Part shown: in pieces, positions 36,506-47,304 of the stretch | Layout: each line of letters starts with the position of its first letter | How positions within the stretch are numbered: position 1 is the first letter of the stretch | Source of the DNA: Gemmatimonadota bacterium | GTDB lineage: Bacteria; Gemmatimonadota; Gemmatimonadetes; Palauibacterales; Palauibacteraceae | Length of the DNA stretch: 64,000 nt | Direction of reading: 5' to 3' | NCBI GenBank assembly: GCA_963666735.1 | Contig: OY762926.1 | Coordinates: 1,920,001-1,984,000 of the forward strand | Program-made: the position numbers and the translations under genes | Notes under the pieces: model-generated | Seen by the model: only the letters and a program-made list of their open reading frames with translations | Database searches by the model: none | Told to the model about the DNA's origin: nothing

Positions 36506-37693
36506 TCACGTCCCGATCCGGGCGAGGTAGCTCTCCATGTTGGACCGCATGTCGGATACGTTGTCGCCGCCGAATTTCTCGATCCACGCGTCGGCCAGCA
36601 CGAGCGCCATCATCGCCTCGCCGACGACGCCGGCCGCGGGCACGGAGCACGTATCGCTGCGCTCCAGGAGCGCCTTGGCGGGCTCGCCGGTCCGGGTGTT
36701 CACGCTGTCCAGGGGGCGCCGGAGCGAGCTGAGCGGCTTCATGGCGACGCGGGCCACGATGTCGCCCCCCGTCGTCATCCCCCCCTCGAGTCCGCCGGCG
36801 TTGTTCCGGCGCCGCCGATAGCCCCCGCTCGCGGGGAGGGCGGGATCCCGCTCGATCTCATCGTGCACCTCCGACCCCCGGAAGCGCGCGGCCTCGAAGC
36901 CCATGCCGATCTCGACGCCCTTCATGGCGTGGATCGACATCATCGCCCCGCCGATGCGGCCCCCCAGGCGGGTCTCCCAGGTGACGTGGCTCCCGAGCCC
37001 CACGGGTACGCCGCGCGCCACGACCTCGAATACGCCCCCCAGCGAATCCCCGGCGCGGCGGGCGGCATCGATCGCGTCGACCATGGCCGCCGACGCGTCC
37101 GCATCGATGCAGCGCACGGGCGACGCGTTGGTCACGGCGAACAGATCCTCCGGCAGCGGCAGTCCGGGCGGGATCGACACCGGACCGATCGACACCACGT
37201 GGCTCTCGACGCGCACGCCAAATCTGGCCAGCAGACGCTTGGCGATGGCCCCGGCGGCAACGCGCGCGGCGGTCTCGCGCGCGCTGGCCCGTTCGAGGAT
37301 GTCGCGCGCGTCCTCCCTCCCGTACTTGAGCATCCCCGCGAGGTCGGCGTGTCCCGGCCGCGGCATGTACACCCGGCGCAGGAGTTCGTCGTCGTCCACA
37401 TCCGGCGCGTCGATCGCCATCGCCGCGCGCCAGTTCCTGTGGTCGCGGTTGGGGATCCGGATCGCGATCGGCGACCCCAGGGTCTCGCCGAGCCGCACGC
37501 CGCCGAAGATCTCGCCCACATCCTTTTCGATCCTCATGCGGCCGCCCCGGCCGTGCCCTCCCTGGCGGCGGACCAGTTCGAACGAGACATCGCCGGGCCT
37601 AAGAGCCAGCCCGGCGGGGATCCCCTCCAGCACGGCGACCACGGCGGGGCCGTGTGTTTCGCCCGCCGTCGTCAACCTCAGACACCTCAGCAT
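36506..37693 (-). CDS. aroC: Chorismate synthase
   Basis: TAGETHG, PRPGHAD, ERASARETA, NNAGGLEGG. Confidence 0.97.
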   Translation of the reverse strand: MLRCLRLTTAGETHGPAVVAVLEGIPAGLALRPGDVSFELVRRQGGHGRGGRMRIEKDVGEIFGGVRLGETLGSPIAIRIPNRDHRNWRAAMAIDAPDVDDDELLRRVYMPRPGHADLAGMLKYGREDARDILERASARETAARVAAGAIAKRLLARFGVRVESHVVSIGPVSIPPGLPLPEDLFAVTNASPVRCIDADASAAMVDAIDAARRAGDSLGGVFEVVARGVPVGLGSHVTWETRLGGRIGGAMMSIHAMKGVEIGMGFEAARFRGSEVHDEIERDPALPASGGYRRRRNNAGGLEGGMTTGGDIVARVAMKPLSSLRRPLDSVNTRTGEPAKALLERSDTCSVPAAGVVGEAMMALVLADAWIEKFGGDNVSDMRSNMESYLARIGT

Positions 37694-37831
37694 CCTGTCC
37701 TCATCGCGTCAACATCGCATGAAAGTCGCATGAACATCGCGTGGATCTCTCCTCATCGAACGGCCGTTCCAACGGCGGGAAAAGGATGCGCCGAGGCGGG
37801 AGCCGCAACCTGACGACCCCCTGACGGCCCC

Positions 37832-39570
37832 TTACCGTCCGTCCGGCTGGCGATGAATGATGTGCGGCGTAACGAGGATGATCAGGTCCTGCTTCACCTC
37901 GTTCTCCTTGGTGCTCCGGAACAGATTTCCAATCAGCGGGAGGTTCATGAGCCCGGGAATCCCGCTGCGGCTCCGACTCACCTCGCTCAGCGTAAGACCG
38001 CCGATCACGGCGGTCTCGCCGTCATCGAGCAGCAGCGTCGTCTCACCGATCTGTTTCTCGAACACGAAGCCCACATCCGAGAGTCCCAGCTTCAGCCCGG
38101 ACCGTTCGGCCATCAGCTCCAGCCGGATCTGATTGTTGTTCGTCACGTGCGGGACGACGTCCAGAATAATCCCCGTGTCCTCGAAATCGACGTTGACGCG
38201 CGCGGACTCGGTCTGGGCCCCCGGCTCCAGAACCCGGATCGGGGTGCGTTCGCCCACCTGAATCCTCGCGTGCGCGTGGTCCACGACCCGGATCGAGGGC
38301 GCAGCCTGCACGTCCGACAACTGCTGCGATTCGAGCGCTTCGAGGAACGAGAAGAGGGAGAACTCGCCGAACGCCACGGCCGTGAGGATCTGAAGCGCCG
38401 GCCCGATCGGGCGATCGTTCGCGTTCGCCAGCGCCGCGACCGCCGTGCCTCCGAGGCTCACGAGCGTTTCGTTCGTCCGCTGGACGAACCCCTGATCGAC
38501 CGTTCCATCGCCGTCCACGTCAACGAGTTGGGGCGGCGAATTGGGGTCGGGCGCCGGGATGACGTCGTTGATGCCCTGTTCCACGAAGTCGCCGGCCCGC
38601 TCCTTGAGGTCGTACACGATCCCCAGTTGCTGTACGTCGGTCCGGTCGACAAACACGATCTTCGCCTCGATCGCGACCTGGGGAGACGTCGGTCCAGCGC
38701 GGCGATGATCGTGTCCATCCGCGCGACGACGGACGGTGCGTCGGTCACGATGACTGTGTTGCTGCCGGCGAACGACACGACCTGGCCGCGGTTGGGCGTC
38801 GCCAGGTGTCGGAGCGTCTCCGCCACCGAGTCCGCCCGCGCATAGTTGATCCGGATCACGCGCGTTTCGCTCAGCAGTTGATCCCGCGCCTGGAGGTTCT
38901 CCAGCCAATCGACGACGACGATCCCGCCGTCGGTCCTGTGCCAGCCGAGGTTCTGGGCGGACAGAATCGCGTTCAGCGCCACATCCCACGGCTGATCGCG
39001 GATGTCGATGCCTCGAACGATGACGGACGCGACCTCTCCATTCGGGACGACCGAGATGTCCGCGAACTCCGAGAACCCGGCGAGGACGTCGAGCATGCTC
39101 GCGCTGTCGTACACCACCGAGATGCGTGGCTCGGTCTCCTGCACGACCGGCAGCGGCCCGGAAGCACTCCGGACATCCGTCGTGGACCAGGGAGAAAAAG
39201 GCGGCCCCGGGTTCCGGAAGGTCACGCGAACCGCACCGGAGTCCGCGGTTACCCGGTAGGCGGTTTCCCGCTCGAGATCGAATATGAGCCGCACCGTCCC
39301 GGGCCGGAACCGGGTTGAACGGATGCCGAGCACTCCGCCGCGGTCGATCCGGTCGTAGTGGCGGCGCGCGAGTCCCCGGTTCACCCCCTTCAGGTCAAGA
39401 AGCAGCCGCGGAGGATTGGTGAGCATCATGTGGCGGGGCGTGGCCGGCCCTCCGACGACCACCGTGATCTCGGTCTCCGTCCCCTCGGAGGCGATCCTCA
39501 CTTCCCGCATCTCGGCTGGGGAGGCTGCCGCAACCGCTGCGGCGACGGCGAAAATGGCCCGGGAGATCAT
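37832..39570 (-). pseudogene. pilQ: Type IV pilus secretin PilQ (AMIN + secretin), frameshifted near 38685
   Basis: N-part ends ...IIAALDRR, C-part PQVAIEAKIVFV...ETAVIGGL...PLIGNLF...ILVTPHI lies in another frame; one base is missing. Confidence 0.85.
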
Positions 39571-39971
39571 CCGCCTGTCCCCCGCTCACGCCTCACCCGC
39601 AGCGTCTCCCGACGGCTGACTCCGAAGCTCGTGATCACGAAATCCACCTCCTCAATGCGAATCCGCACGACCCGGGCCGTGCCGATGATGTCGCGTTCGC
39701 GGGCACGGTATCGCCGGCCCGTGGTTCGATCGGTCAGAATCGCAACGCTTCCCAGTTGCGGGTTGTACAGCACGCCGGACAGCGCAAGGTCTCCGAAACG
39801 GGGCCCCGCCTGTGTGTCCGGGTCAAGCGGCAGGAACGGGTCGCGTCGCTCGAAGGCCGGGTAGGCGAAGATCTCGCGCTCGTAGATCGGCGGCCGTGTC
39901 TGTGCCGTGACCTCCGGTGGCCCGGTTCGTAACGCTGCCGCGAGCACCGCGGTCAGGATCATGCGAGTCAT
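39567..39971 (-). CDS. PilP-like pilus assembly protein
   Basis: RRDPFLPL motif, position between pilO and pilQ. Confidence 0.7.
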   Translation of the reverse strand: MTRMILTAVLAAALRTGPPEVTAQTRPPIYEREIFAYPAFERRDPFLPLDPDTQAGPRFGDLALSGVLYNPQLGSVAILTDRTTGRRYRARERDIIGTARVVRIRIEEVDFVITSFGVSRRETLRVRRERGTGG

Positions 39972-40558
39972 CCACCCTCCGGCGAAGCGGCGTCTTCCGG
40001 CGGAAGCACGAAAGTCTCGAGGCTGAAGCGCGCGTGAACGAGTTGCCGTCCCGAGTCCGTGATGCGGGAGGGTACGATCTCGTCGACCTCGGGCCGTACG
40101 ATTCGGGCGAAGCCGGCGACCCGCGTCAGGAACTGCCCGACATCGTGGTACGCCCCCTCGACCTGAAGCGCCCATTGTTGCCGCACGAAGTAGCCGGTGG
40201 AGTCGGCCACGGGATCGGCGGGCAGCGCACGTACGAGTTCGAGACCGAGCGACTGTGTTTCGGCCGCGATGGCTTCATATATGGCCTCGACTTCACCCTC
40301 TCGCGGAACGAGCCGTTTCAGCGCCGCGAGCTGCCGTTCGCCGAGTACGAGACCCTCGTGTATCTCATCCGGGTTGCCGTCCCCCAGCTCGGCGAGGGCG
40401 TTGGCCCGCTCGGTCCGCTCAACCCGCTCTGCCAATCCGGCCAGCTCCACCCTGCGCGGGTTCCAGAAGTGCAGATGGAAGGCCGTCCCGCAGCCCAGCA
40501 GGAGTACGAGTCCGAGCGCCCGGTACTGCGCGCGGGGTTCCCTCGGTAGCACGGTCAA
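39968..40558 (-). CDS. pilO: Type IV pilus assembly PilO
   Basis: TM + coiled coil, LVP, VEGAYHDVGQFL...RIV. Confidence 0.85.
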   Translation of the reverse strand: MTVLPREPRAQYRALGLVLLLGCGTAFHLHFWNPRRVELAGLAERVERTERANALAELGDGNPDEIHEGLVLGERQLAALKRLVPREGEVEAIYEAIAAETQSLGLELVRALPADPVADSTGYFVRQQWALQVEGAYHDVGQFLTRVAGFARIVRPEVDEIVPSRITDSGRQLVHARFSLETFVLPPEDAASPEGG

Positions 40559-41175
40559 GCCGGTTCGACCCGCCGGGAGGCGGGCGCATGGGCGAATCGA
40601 AGCACGAGAGTGAAGGCCTGCCGGGCGACCTGATCGGGATCGGATCCCTGCTGCCGGCTGCCGACGATCCTCACATCGGCAATGTAGTCCGAGGTCTCCA
40701 GGCTGCGGACGAATTCCGTGATCGCGAGCGGATTGCCCGCAATCCCCTGAACTTCGACCGTGAGGTCGGGTGGCGGCGACAGTTGACGCAGGGAAGTCAG
40801 CCAGGCCGGCGGCGGGAGCGCGCGGCTGATTTCGTCCATCATGTGCGGCCACGCGAACCGGTCGCGGTCCAACTGTTCGACGAGGGCGACGCGCTCGCGG
40901 ATCTCGCGAGATCTTTCCGTCAAGCTGTCGCTTGCGGCCCGGAGTTCGGCGAGCCGCGCCGAATCCGCCACCGCTGCTTCAAGACGCACCTGCAGTTCGA
41001 GGGCCTCGGCCCGCTGCGATCGCCACAGCGCGACCGTGGCCGGCAGGATCGTCAGTGCCGAGATCAACAGTGCGACCCCCCAAAAGTCGATGCGGAGACG
41101 GCCACCGTCGCGCCCGTGCGTCGCGACCCCGTGCCGCGCGCGCAGAGCTTCGGGCAGAAGGTTGATCTCGATCAT
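40555..41175 (-). CDS. pilN: Type IV pilus assembly PilN
   Basis: MIEINLLP, MDEISRALP..WLT. Confidence 0.88.
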   Translation of the reverse strand: MIEINLLPEALRARHGVATHGRDGGRLRIDFWGVALLISALTILPATVALWRSQRAEALELQVRLEAAVADSARLAELRAASDSLTERSREIRERVALVEQLDRDRFAWPHMMDEISRALPPPAWLTSLRQLSPPPDLTVEVQGIAGNPLAITEFVRSLETSDYIADVRIVGSRQQGSDPDQVARQAFTLVLRFAHAPASRRVEPA

Positions 41176-41198
41176 GGTCGTACCCACGCTCTCACGTT

Positions 41199-42158
41199 TC
41201 AGCCTCCCCGAACCGGGGACCGAAGAGCGAGCCCGATCGAAAGCATGAGCATCGGCGCCACCGAGCCCAGATCCGTCCGATCCGCGACGTCCGGCGCGAC
41301 CTCGATACGTTCGAACGCGTGCGCGAGGCGCGTTTCCACGCCTGTCGTCTCTGCGAGGATCTCGACCAGGCCGGGCGCCGCGGCTCCTCCGCCGCACAGG
41401 TATACGCGTGCGATCCCCGGTCCGGTCTCGACGAAGGCCCCCGCGCGGTCGATGCCGCGTGCGATCCGGCGGGCGCCTTCATCCAGCCCGTCTGCCGTCG
41501 GAGCGCCGACGGCCAGTTCGCGGGCCAACAGCGGGAGCCCGTTCCGGAGCAGGTGTATGGCGGTCGAATGGGCCCCGATGTCGACCAGCACGGTCACATC
41601 CCTCATCGCGGCCGGATAGTTCGCCTCGAACGCGTTGCGAAGGGCCAGAGCCTCCACGTCGACCGTCGTCGGGTTCAGACCCGCCCGCCGCAGGAGTGCG
41701 ACGCGCGTCTCGATGACGTCTCGTTTCGCCGCCGCCAGCAGTACGCTCATCGTCGAGCTTTCTCCGTCCGGATCGATGATCGCGAAGTCCAGTTCCACGT
41801 TCTTCATGTCGAAGGGAACGTGCTGCTCCGCTTCCCACGGCATCACGGCGCGGGCCTCCGCCTCATCCATCCGGTCGATTTCGATCACCTTGCTGAGCAC
41901 ATCGCGCCCACCGATGCCGATGACCACATCGCGGGGCTTGATTCGCTCCCGCCTGAACATCGAGGAAAGCGTGTCGGCGACACGCTCCGGATCCCCGATC
42001 GTCCCGCCGCGCACGGTATCCGCCTCGTTCGGAGCGGTCGCGAGCCCCGTCAGGCGGGGCCCGCTCGGACCATGGTCGATCACCGCGGCCTTGCTGAAGC
42101 CGCTGCCGACATCGACGCCGACGGTGGCCTTCCGGCGCCGCAACCCGAATCTGCTCAT
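41199..42158 (-). CDS. pilM: Type IV pilus assembly PilM
   Basis: VGVDVGS, WEAEQHVPF, LVDIGA, YLCGGGA, IGLALR. Confidence 0.92.
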   Translation of the reverse strand: MSRFGLRRRKATVGVDVGSGFSKAAVIDHGPSGPRLTGLATAPNEADTVRGGTIGDPERVADTLSSMFRRERIKPRDVVIGIGGRDVLSKVIEIDRMDEAEARAVMPWEAEQHVPFDMKNVELDFAIIDPDGESSTMSVLLAAAKRDVIETRVALLRRAGLNPTTVDVEALALRNAFEANYPAAMRDVTVLVDIGAHSTAIHLLRNGLPLLARELAVGAPTADGLDEGARRIARGIDRAGAFVETGPGIARVYLCGGGAAAPGLVEILAETTGVETRLAHAFERIEVAPDVADRTDLGSVAPMLMLSIGLALRSPVRGG

Positions 42159-42161
42159 GCC

Positions 42162-43010
42162 TCAGTTACGGAGGGACATCGAGTAGACGACGCGCCGACC
42201 CGCTGCGCGACCGTTGCGGCCGATGGCCGTACCGGTCAGCCGGATTTCGCGCACGCGGGAGAGTTCCCCCGGTGCCACGCCGGCCTGGATGGCGCCTCCC
42301 GACAGCCGGTACTCGAACGCCGCGCCGAGCTCGAGCGGGGACACGAACTCCTGGCCGTTGCGCCGGATGGATACCGTTCCCGGTTCGGAATCGGATCGGC
42401 GGATCGCGTAGGTGAGCCGTCCATAGACGCGAGCGAGCGAGCCGGGCACGGGCGTCGTCCCGAAGCCGCCGTTCCAGCCGCTTGTGCGCCGGAACCACCG
42501 GGTCGGCATTCGGTTCGCCCGATCCGCTCCCGCCGCCCGGCAGGCGGTCTCCGCCGCCACCGAGACACTTGAGGCGGGCGTGAACCCGTCCGCGTAGTTC
42601 CAGTCCGCGGAGTACGGCCCGGAGAACGCCGTGCCGCGCCACCCGGACTGAAGGTTCGCGGCGATGGAATCGTAGGCGAAGAGATCGATCGATCCGCTGC
42701 TCACCGTGTCGCACACGATTGCCCTCAACACGACGACGCGGACGGACACGGTGTCGGGCGTTGCGACGAGCAGGTCGCCCGGCCCGGCGCCGCGGATCTC
42801 CGCTCCCATGCCGTCGGCCAGTGCGCGTGCCGTCTGCGACGCCCGGATGGCGTCCTCATTACGCAGATGAAAGCGGCTCTGACTCCCCAACAGGCCGATG
42901 AGCAGGCCGATGAGCAGACCGGCGCCAGCGAGCGCGACGAGCATTTCGGCAAGGGTGAACCCTCCCTGGCGGCATGGTCGGGGCGGCGTGAGGGGGCGCG
43001 GAATGCTCAT
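42162..43010 (-). CDS. Minor pilin (PilW/PulJ-like)
   Basis: Prepilin motif G|FTLAEMLVAL. Confidence 0.8.
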   Translation of the reverse strand: MSIPRPLTPPRPCRQGGFTLAEMLVALAGAGLLIGLLIGLLGSQSRFHLRNEDAIRASQTARALADGMGAEIRGAGPGDLLVATPDTVSVRVVVLRAIVCDTVSSGSIDLFAYDSIAANLQSGWRGTAFSGPYSADWNYADGFTPASSVSVAAETACRAAGADRANRMPTRWFRRTSGWNGGFGTTPVPGSLARVYGRLTYAIRRSDSEPGTVSIRRNGQEFVSPLELGAAFEYRLSGGAIQAGVAPGELSRVREIRLTGTAIGRNGRAAGRRVVYSMSLRN

Positions 43011-43375
43011 GGCGCCGCAGGCAGCGGGCGAGGCCGCGAGAGGACGATCTCGAGTGCCGCCGCCGGGGCTGGCGGCAGCGACACGGTTACGCGGGCGAGC
43101 TTGAGCCGCGGCAGCGGCGCGGTCACGTCATGCGAGATGTCGAATCGACGTCCACCGATATCGACGGTACTCGTGTGGGAGACGGCGGCGGCATGCCCGG
43201 CTCGGACGAGCGACTCCACGGCGTTTCGTCCCGCGAGCGCGTGGTCCGTACCCCACTGCGCCCGTAGCGCCAGGGAACCGATCCCGAGCGCGACGCCCGC
43301 CGCTCCGAGGATCCCGATGGACGTGACGACGATGGCCAGCAGGACCTCGACCAGACTGAAGCCCGCAGTCTTCAA
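43007..43375 (-). CDS. Minor pilin (PilV-like)
   Basis: G|FSLVEVLLAIVV. Confidence 0.8.
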   Translation of the reverse strand: MKTAGFSLVEVLLAIVVTSIGILGAAGVALGIGSLALRAQWGTDHALAGRNAVESLVRAGHAAAVSHTSTVDIGGRRFDISHDVTAPLPRLKLARVTVSLPPAPAAALEIVLSRPRPLPAAP

Positions 43376-43851
43376 TGTTGAAAAGGTACCGCGCGAACCC
43401 GGCCCAGGAAGTTCGACACCAGCCGAACGCCGCGCTTGCCGCGGTACAGGTGGATGCTGCCGGGGGATCCGTGTCCCCTGGCGTTGAAACGGAGAGTGGA
43501 GGGCTGCAATCGCACCGAGTCGATCCGGCCGAGCGCGTGCCTCCCGAGATCGACGCGGGACAGCAACGACCCTCCGCGCCGCGATACTTCGAGATGGGTC
43601 CCCGCGAGCGTCACCGCAGTCGGCGCATGGGTCGCCACGGCGTGGAGACGTGCCAACGCGAGCTGCGACTCCGCCACCCGGGCGGCTCGGGTCAGACTGA
43701 AGCTGTCGAGGGGTCCGCGCGAGATGATGACAGTCGCGGCCAGCCCTGTGACCGCCAGCGCGACCGCGACTTCCACCAGACTGAACCCGTTCCGCCCTGT
43801 ACGCGATCCTGTGCGCGATCCATGAGATCCGCGTGATCCGCCTTGCTGCAC
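43372..43851 (-). CDS. Minor pilin (FimT/GspH-like)
   Basis: G|FSLVEVAVAL, LARLHAV, LRFNARG. Confidence 0.8.
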   Translation of the reverse strand: MQQGGSRGSHGSRTGSRTGRNGFSLVEVAVALAVTGLAATVIISRGPLDSFSLTRAARVAESQLALARLHAVATHAPTAVTLAGTHLEVSRRGGSLLSRVDLGRHALGRIDSVRLQPSTLRFNARGHGSPGSIHLYRGKRGVRLVSNFLGRVRAVPFQH

Positions 43852-43923
43852 GGGGTGCTCCCTTTCTCGAATGAGGCGTTGCCGATTCTGTCCGTAAGTA
43901 TCGCTTCCCGTGTCAACGGCGCA

Positions 43924-44361
43924 TCAACAGCTGGTGGCCTCGATGATCTGCCCGACCACGCCCGAGGCGTTGGCGGCGGACGAATTGACGCACCACGTGT
44001 TCGGCGAGGATGCGTGTTTCGCCGTGATCTGGTAGCCGTCCGTGTACGCCGTCACGGCCAGCGAGATGTTCGTGCTGGCCTGGAAATCTCGAGTCCCGTC
44101 GCCATCGAGGTCCGCCCCTCCGCCGGCCGCCACGCTGACCGCGGCATAGGCCTGGCTGGTAAAGAAGTGCGCTTCCTCGGCCGTCATCATGTTGCGAATG
44201 TCGCTCTGCGCGGCGGCATCGAACGCCTTTTCCTTCGTACTCGTGAACTGCGGAATCGCGATGGCCGCCAAAATGCCGATGATGACGACCACGATCAGCA
44301 GTTCGATCAGCGTGAACCCCTCGGCACCACTCCTCGTCGTTCTTCTCATCCCTTTCCTCAC
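43924..44361 (-). CDS. pilA: Major type IV pilin
   Basis: G|FTLIELLIVVVIIGILAAIAIP; C-terminal Cys pair. Confidence 0.9.
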   Translation of the reverse strand: MRKGMRRTTRSGAEGFTLIELLIVVVIIGILAAIAIPQFTSTKEKAFDAAAQSDIRNMMTAEEAHFFTSQAYAAVSVAAGGGADLDGDGTRDFQASTNISLAVTAYTDGYQITAKHASSPNTWCVNSSAANASGVVGQIIEATSC

Positions 44362-44459
44362 TTCCGCCCGGGTTGGATCTTCGGCAGCACCTCCGGTGGG
44401 GGCTGCGCGAGCCGCGGCTCCCGGCGGCGCGCCGGCGACCGCGGACGGTTACCCTACAG

Positions 44460-45005
44460 TTAGTCATCGTCCAGCAACGGAGTATCAACGCCCCAGTCCG
44501 GAGGTTCATCGAAGCCCGAAGCCGCACGGATTCGGCCATGCCGCACCGACAGGGTCAGCGAATGCACACGTCCGGCACTGTCACGCAGCGGCCGGCGGAT
44601 ATCGTCGGTCCCGCCCGATGGCTCCAGAGGCTCCGGAGGCGGCAACCCCAGCGCGCGCAACGTCTCCGGCACGGTGTCGAAACCCCCCGCGAAGGCGGCC
44701 GTCCACGACCGGACGAGTGCCGGACCGCCGATCCGGTCAGGCCTGGCTCGCAGACGCAGCGTCCAGTTCGGAGCCTCGAAGCGCAGCCACCGGTCCTCCC
44801 CCGCCCGCCGGTCCGCCACCACGCGTCCGTACCGCTCGAAGGCCGCATCGACAGGCTGGCCGAGGAGGTCCCGCACGCAGGGAGCCGTCGCGCCGTGGAT
44901 GGCGTCTCCGTCGTTTGTGCTCGCGGACATGCGGCAAGAAGAGGAATGGGGAGAAACCCCGCAAGCCGCGAGGCCCGCTTCCCGCGATATCGGCAGGGGC
45001 GTCAC
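44460..45005 (-). CDS. Hypothetical protein in pilus cluster
   Basis: Fills the gap between pilC and pilA, start overlaps pilC stop. Confidence 0.5.
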   Translation of the reverse strand: MTPLPISREAGLAACGVSPHSSSCRMSASTNDGDAIHGATAPCVRDLLGQPVDAAFERYGRVVADRRAGEDRWLRFEAPNWTLRLRARPDRIGGPALVRSWTAAFAGGFDTVPETLRALGLPPPEPLEPSGGTDDIRRPLRDSAGRVHSLTLSVRHGRIRAASGFDEPPDWGVDTPLLDDD

Positions 45006-46099
45006 TGGATCGCGTTGATGAGTTCGAAGATCGGGAGGTACATGGCGATGATCATCCCGCCGACGAGACCTCCGAGGAACACGATCAGAACCGGCTCCAG
45101 TATCCTGAGCAGGCTCTCGGCGCCGGCATCGACTTCGTCGTCGTAGAAGTCGGCGATCCGGGCCAGCATCTCATCGAGATCGCCGGTCTCTTCTCCGACG
45201 TGGATCATTCGGGCCACCATGGGAGGGAAGGCCCGGGTCTCCTGCAGAGGCCGAGCGATGGAGTGACCCCGCTGGATCGCGGCCCGACTCGTCCGTATCG
45301 CGTCCTCGATGACCCGGTTCCCCGCCGTCCGCGCCGTGATCTCGAGCCCCTCGAGAATGGGGACCCCCGACGAGAGCAGCGTTCCCAAGGTCCGCGTGAC
45401 GCGGGACACCGCGGCTTTCCGGATCAGCGGGCCGAGAACCGGCAGCCTCAGCAGCATACGGTCGAGGCGCCGGCGGCCCGCATCCGTGGCGGCCCAGCGG
45501 CGCAGTATCAAGGCCGCGCCGACCACCACGGCGAGCAGCGCCCACCACCAGTTCTGGACGACCCTGGAGAAGCCGATGACCACGCGTGTCGGGAGCGGGA
45601 GCGTCGCATCGAAGCTCGCAAACACGGTTTCGAACGTCGGGATCACGAAGAGAAGGAGCGTCGCGACGACCGCGATGGCCACCGCGAGCACGACGCCGGG
45701 GTAGAGCATGGCGCCATTCACCTTGCGACGGATCTGTTCGCTCTTCTCGAGGAAGGTGGCGAGGCGGTCGAGAATCCCGTCCAACCTGCTCCCCGACTCG
45801 CCCGCGTGGACCATGTTGACGTAGAGCTGCGTGAAGACGCGGGGGTGCCGTTCGAGCGCGCCGGCCAGCGTGTGCCCGGCCTCGACATCGCGAAGCGTGT
45901 CGCGGGCGACGTCCCGAAGCGCGGAGTTCTCCGCCTGGAGCGCGAGGGTCTCGAGCGTCCGGGTGAGCGGCAACCCGGCGCCGATCATCACCGAGAACTG
46001 CCGTGTGAACAACACGAGATCACGGGTCTTCACGCGTGCCGAAGGTGCGAGGATCCGGCGCCGCACGCGGCGGCCCATGTTCGCCGCGAAAGACGTCAC
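45002..46099 (-). CDS. pilC: Type IV pilus platform protein PilC
   Basis: FTRQFSVMIGAGLPL, AGESGSRLD, GEETGDLDEML, AMYLPIF. Confidence 0.93.
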   Translation of the reverse strand: MTSFAANMGRRVRRRILAPSARVKTRDLVLFTRQFSVMIGAGLPLTRTLETLALQAENSALRDVARDTLRDVEAGHTLAGALERHPRVFTQLYVNMVHAGESGSRLDGILDRLATFLEKSEQIRRKVNGAMLYPGVVLAVAIAVVATLLLFVIPTFETVFASFDATLPLPTRVVIGFSRVVQNWWWALLAVVVGAALILRRWAATDAGRRRLDRMLLRLPVLGPLIRKAAVSRVTRTLGTLLSSGVPILEGLEITARTAGNRVIEDAIRTSRAAIQRGHSIARPLQETRAFPPMVARMIHVGEETGDLDEMLARIADFYDDEVDAGAESLLRILEPVLIVFLGGLVGGMIIAMYLPIFELINAIQ

Positions 46100-46205
46100 A
46101 GGCTCTCCATCGGGAGAGAGGTGAACCGACCGCCAGCCCCCACATCATCCACCCCGCGCCATCGCCGGCGGCCGGTCGCTACCGCTCTCCTCACGTCGAC
46201 TTGCT

Positions 46206-47294
46206 TCACCGCGCGGACCCATCCTGCGAGGACGCACTCGTCATGCGACGGAATTCGGCGGGGTCGGAGGCGATCCTGAGGCATTCCTCGAAGTCCACCT
46301 GCCGCCGGACATAGAGCTGGTGGAGCGCATCGTTGAGCGTCCGCATGCCGAACCTGCGCGCGGCCTGCATCGCGGAATGGATCTGATGGACCTTCGCCTC
46401 ACGGATCAGAGCCCGGACCGCGGGCGTCGCGACCAGAATCTCGCAGGCGACGACGCGTCCGCCGCCCTGCGCCCGGCGAAGGAGCGTCTGGGTGATGACG
46501 CCCTCGAAGACGTGGGCGAATTGCGCCCGCACCTGCTCCTGTCCGTGGGCCGGGAAGGCATCGATGATCCGGTGGATGGACTCCGCGGCCGAACGCGTAT
46601 GCAGCGTGCCGAGCGCGAGGTGTCCGGTCTCAGCGATCGTTAGCGCGGCCTGAATCGTCTCGGGATCCCGCAGCTCGCCGATGAGGATCACGTCAGGATC
46701 CTGGCGGAGGGCATAGCGAAGGGCGCTGGCGAAGCTGGGCGTGTCCTGCCCGATCTCGCGCTGGTTCACGATGCAGCGTTTGTGCGGATGGACGAATTCG
46801 ATCGGATCCTCGATCGTCACGATGTGGCCCGCGCGGGCCGTGTTGATGCGGTCCACCATCGCCGCGAGCGTCGTCGACTTGCCCGATCCGGTGGGCCCCG
46901 TCACCAGCACGAGCCCGCGCGGTTTGTCCGCCAGCCGCCCGACGATCGATGGTACGCCGATTTCGCGCAGGCTCGGGATCTCGACCGGCACCCGGCGGAT
47001 GGCGCACGCCACGCTCCCGCGCTGCCGGAACAGGTTCGCGCGGAAGCGGGAGAGGCCGGGGATCTCGAAGCCGAAATCGAAGTCGGGCTCGCCCGCGAAA
47101 CGCGCGCGCTGGTCGTTCGAGAGCATCGAACGGGCGAGAGCCGCCGTGTCCTCCGGATCCAGCACGCCTTCGTCGCGGCTGTCCGTGAGGTCGCCGTCGA
47201 TCCGGAGCTTCGCGCGTTCGCCCGCCGTAAGGTGCAGATCGGATGCGCCCCGTTCGACCATCTCGCTCAGCAGCTCAACCAGATGTGCGTCCAT
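46206..47294 (-). CDS. pilT: Pilus retraction ATPase PilT
   Basis: ASDLHL, GPTGSGKSTT, TIEDPIE, ALRQDPD, AETGHL. Confidence 0.95.
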   Translation of the reverse strand: MDAHLVELLSEMVERGASDLHLTAGERAKLRIDGDLTDSRDEGVLDPEDTAALARSMLSNDQRARFAGEPDFDFGFEIPGLSRFRANLFRQRGSVACAIRRVPVEIPSLREIGVPSIVGRLADKPRGLVLVTGPTGSGKSTTLAAMVDRINTARAGHIVTIEDPIEFVHPHKRCIVNQREIGQDTPSFASALRYALRQDPDVILIGELRDPETIQAALTIAETGHLALGTLHTRSAAESIHRIIDAFPAHGQEQVRAQFAHVFEGVITQTLLRRAQGGGRVVACEILVATPAVRALIREAKVHQIHSAMQAARRFGMRTLNDALHQLYVRRQVDFEECLRIASDPAEFRRMTSASSQDGSAR

Positions 47295-47304
47295 GCGGCC
47301 CGGC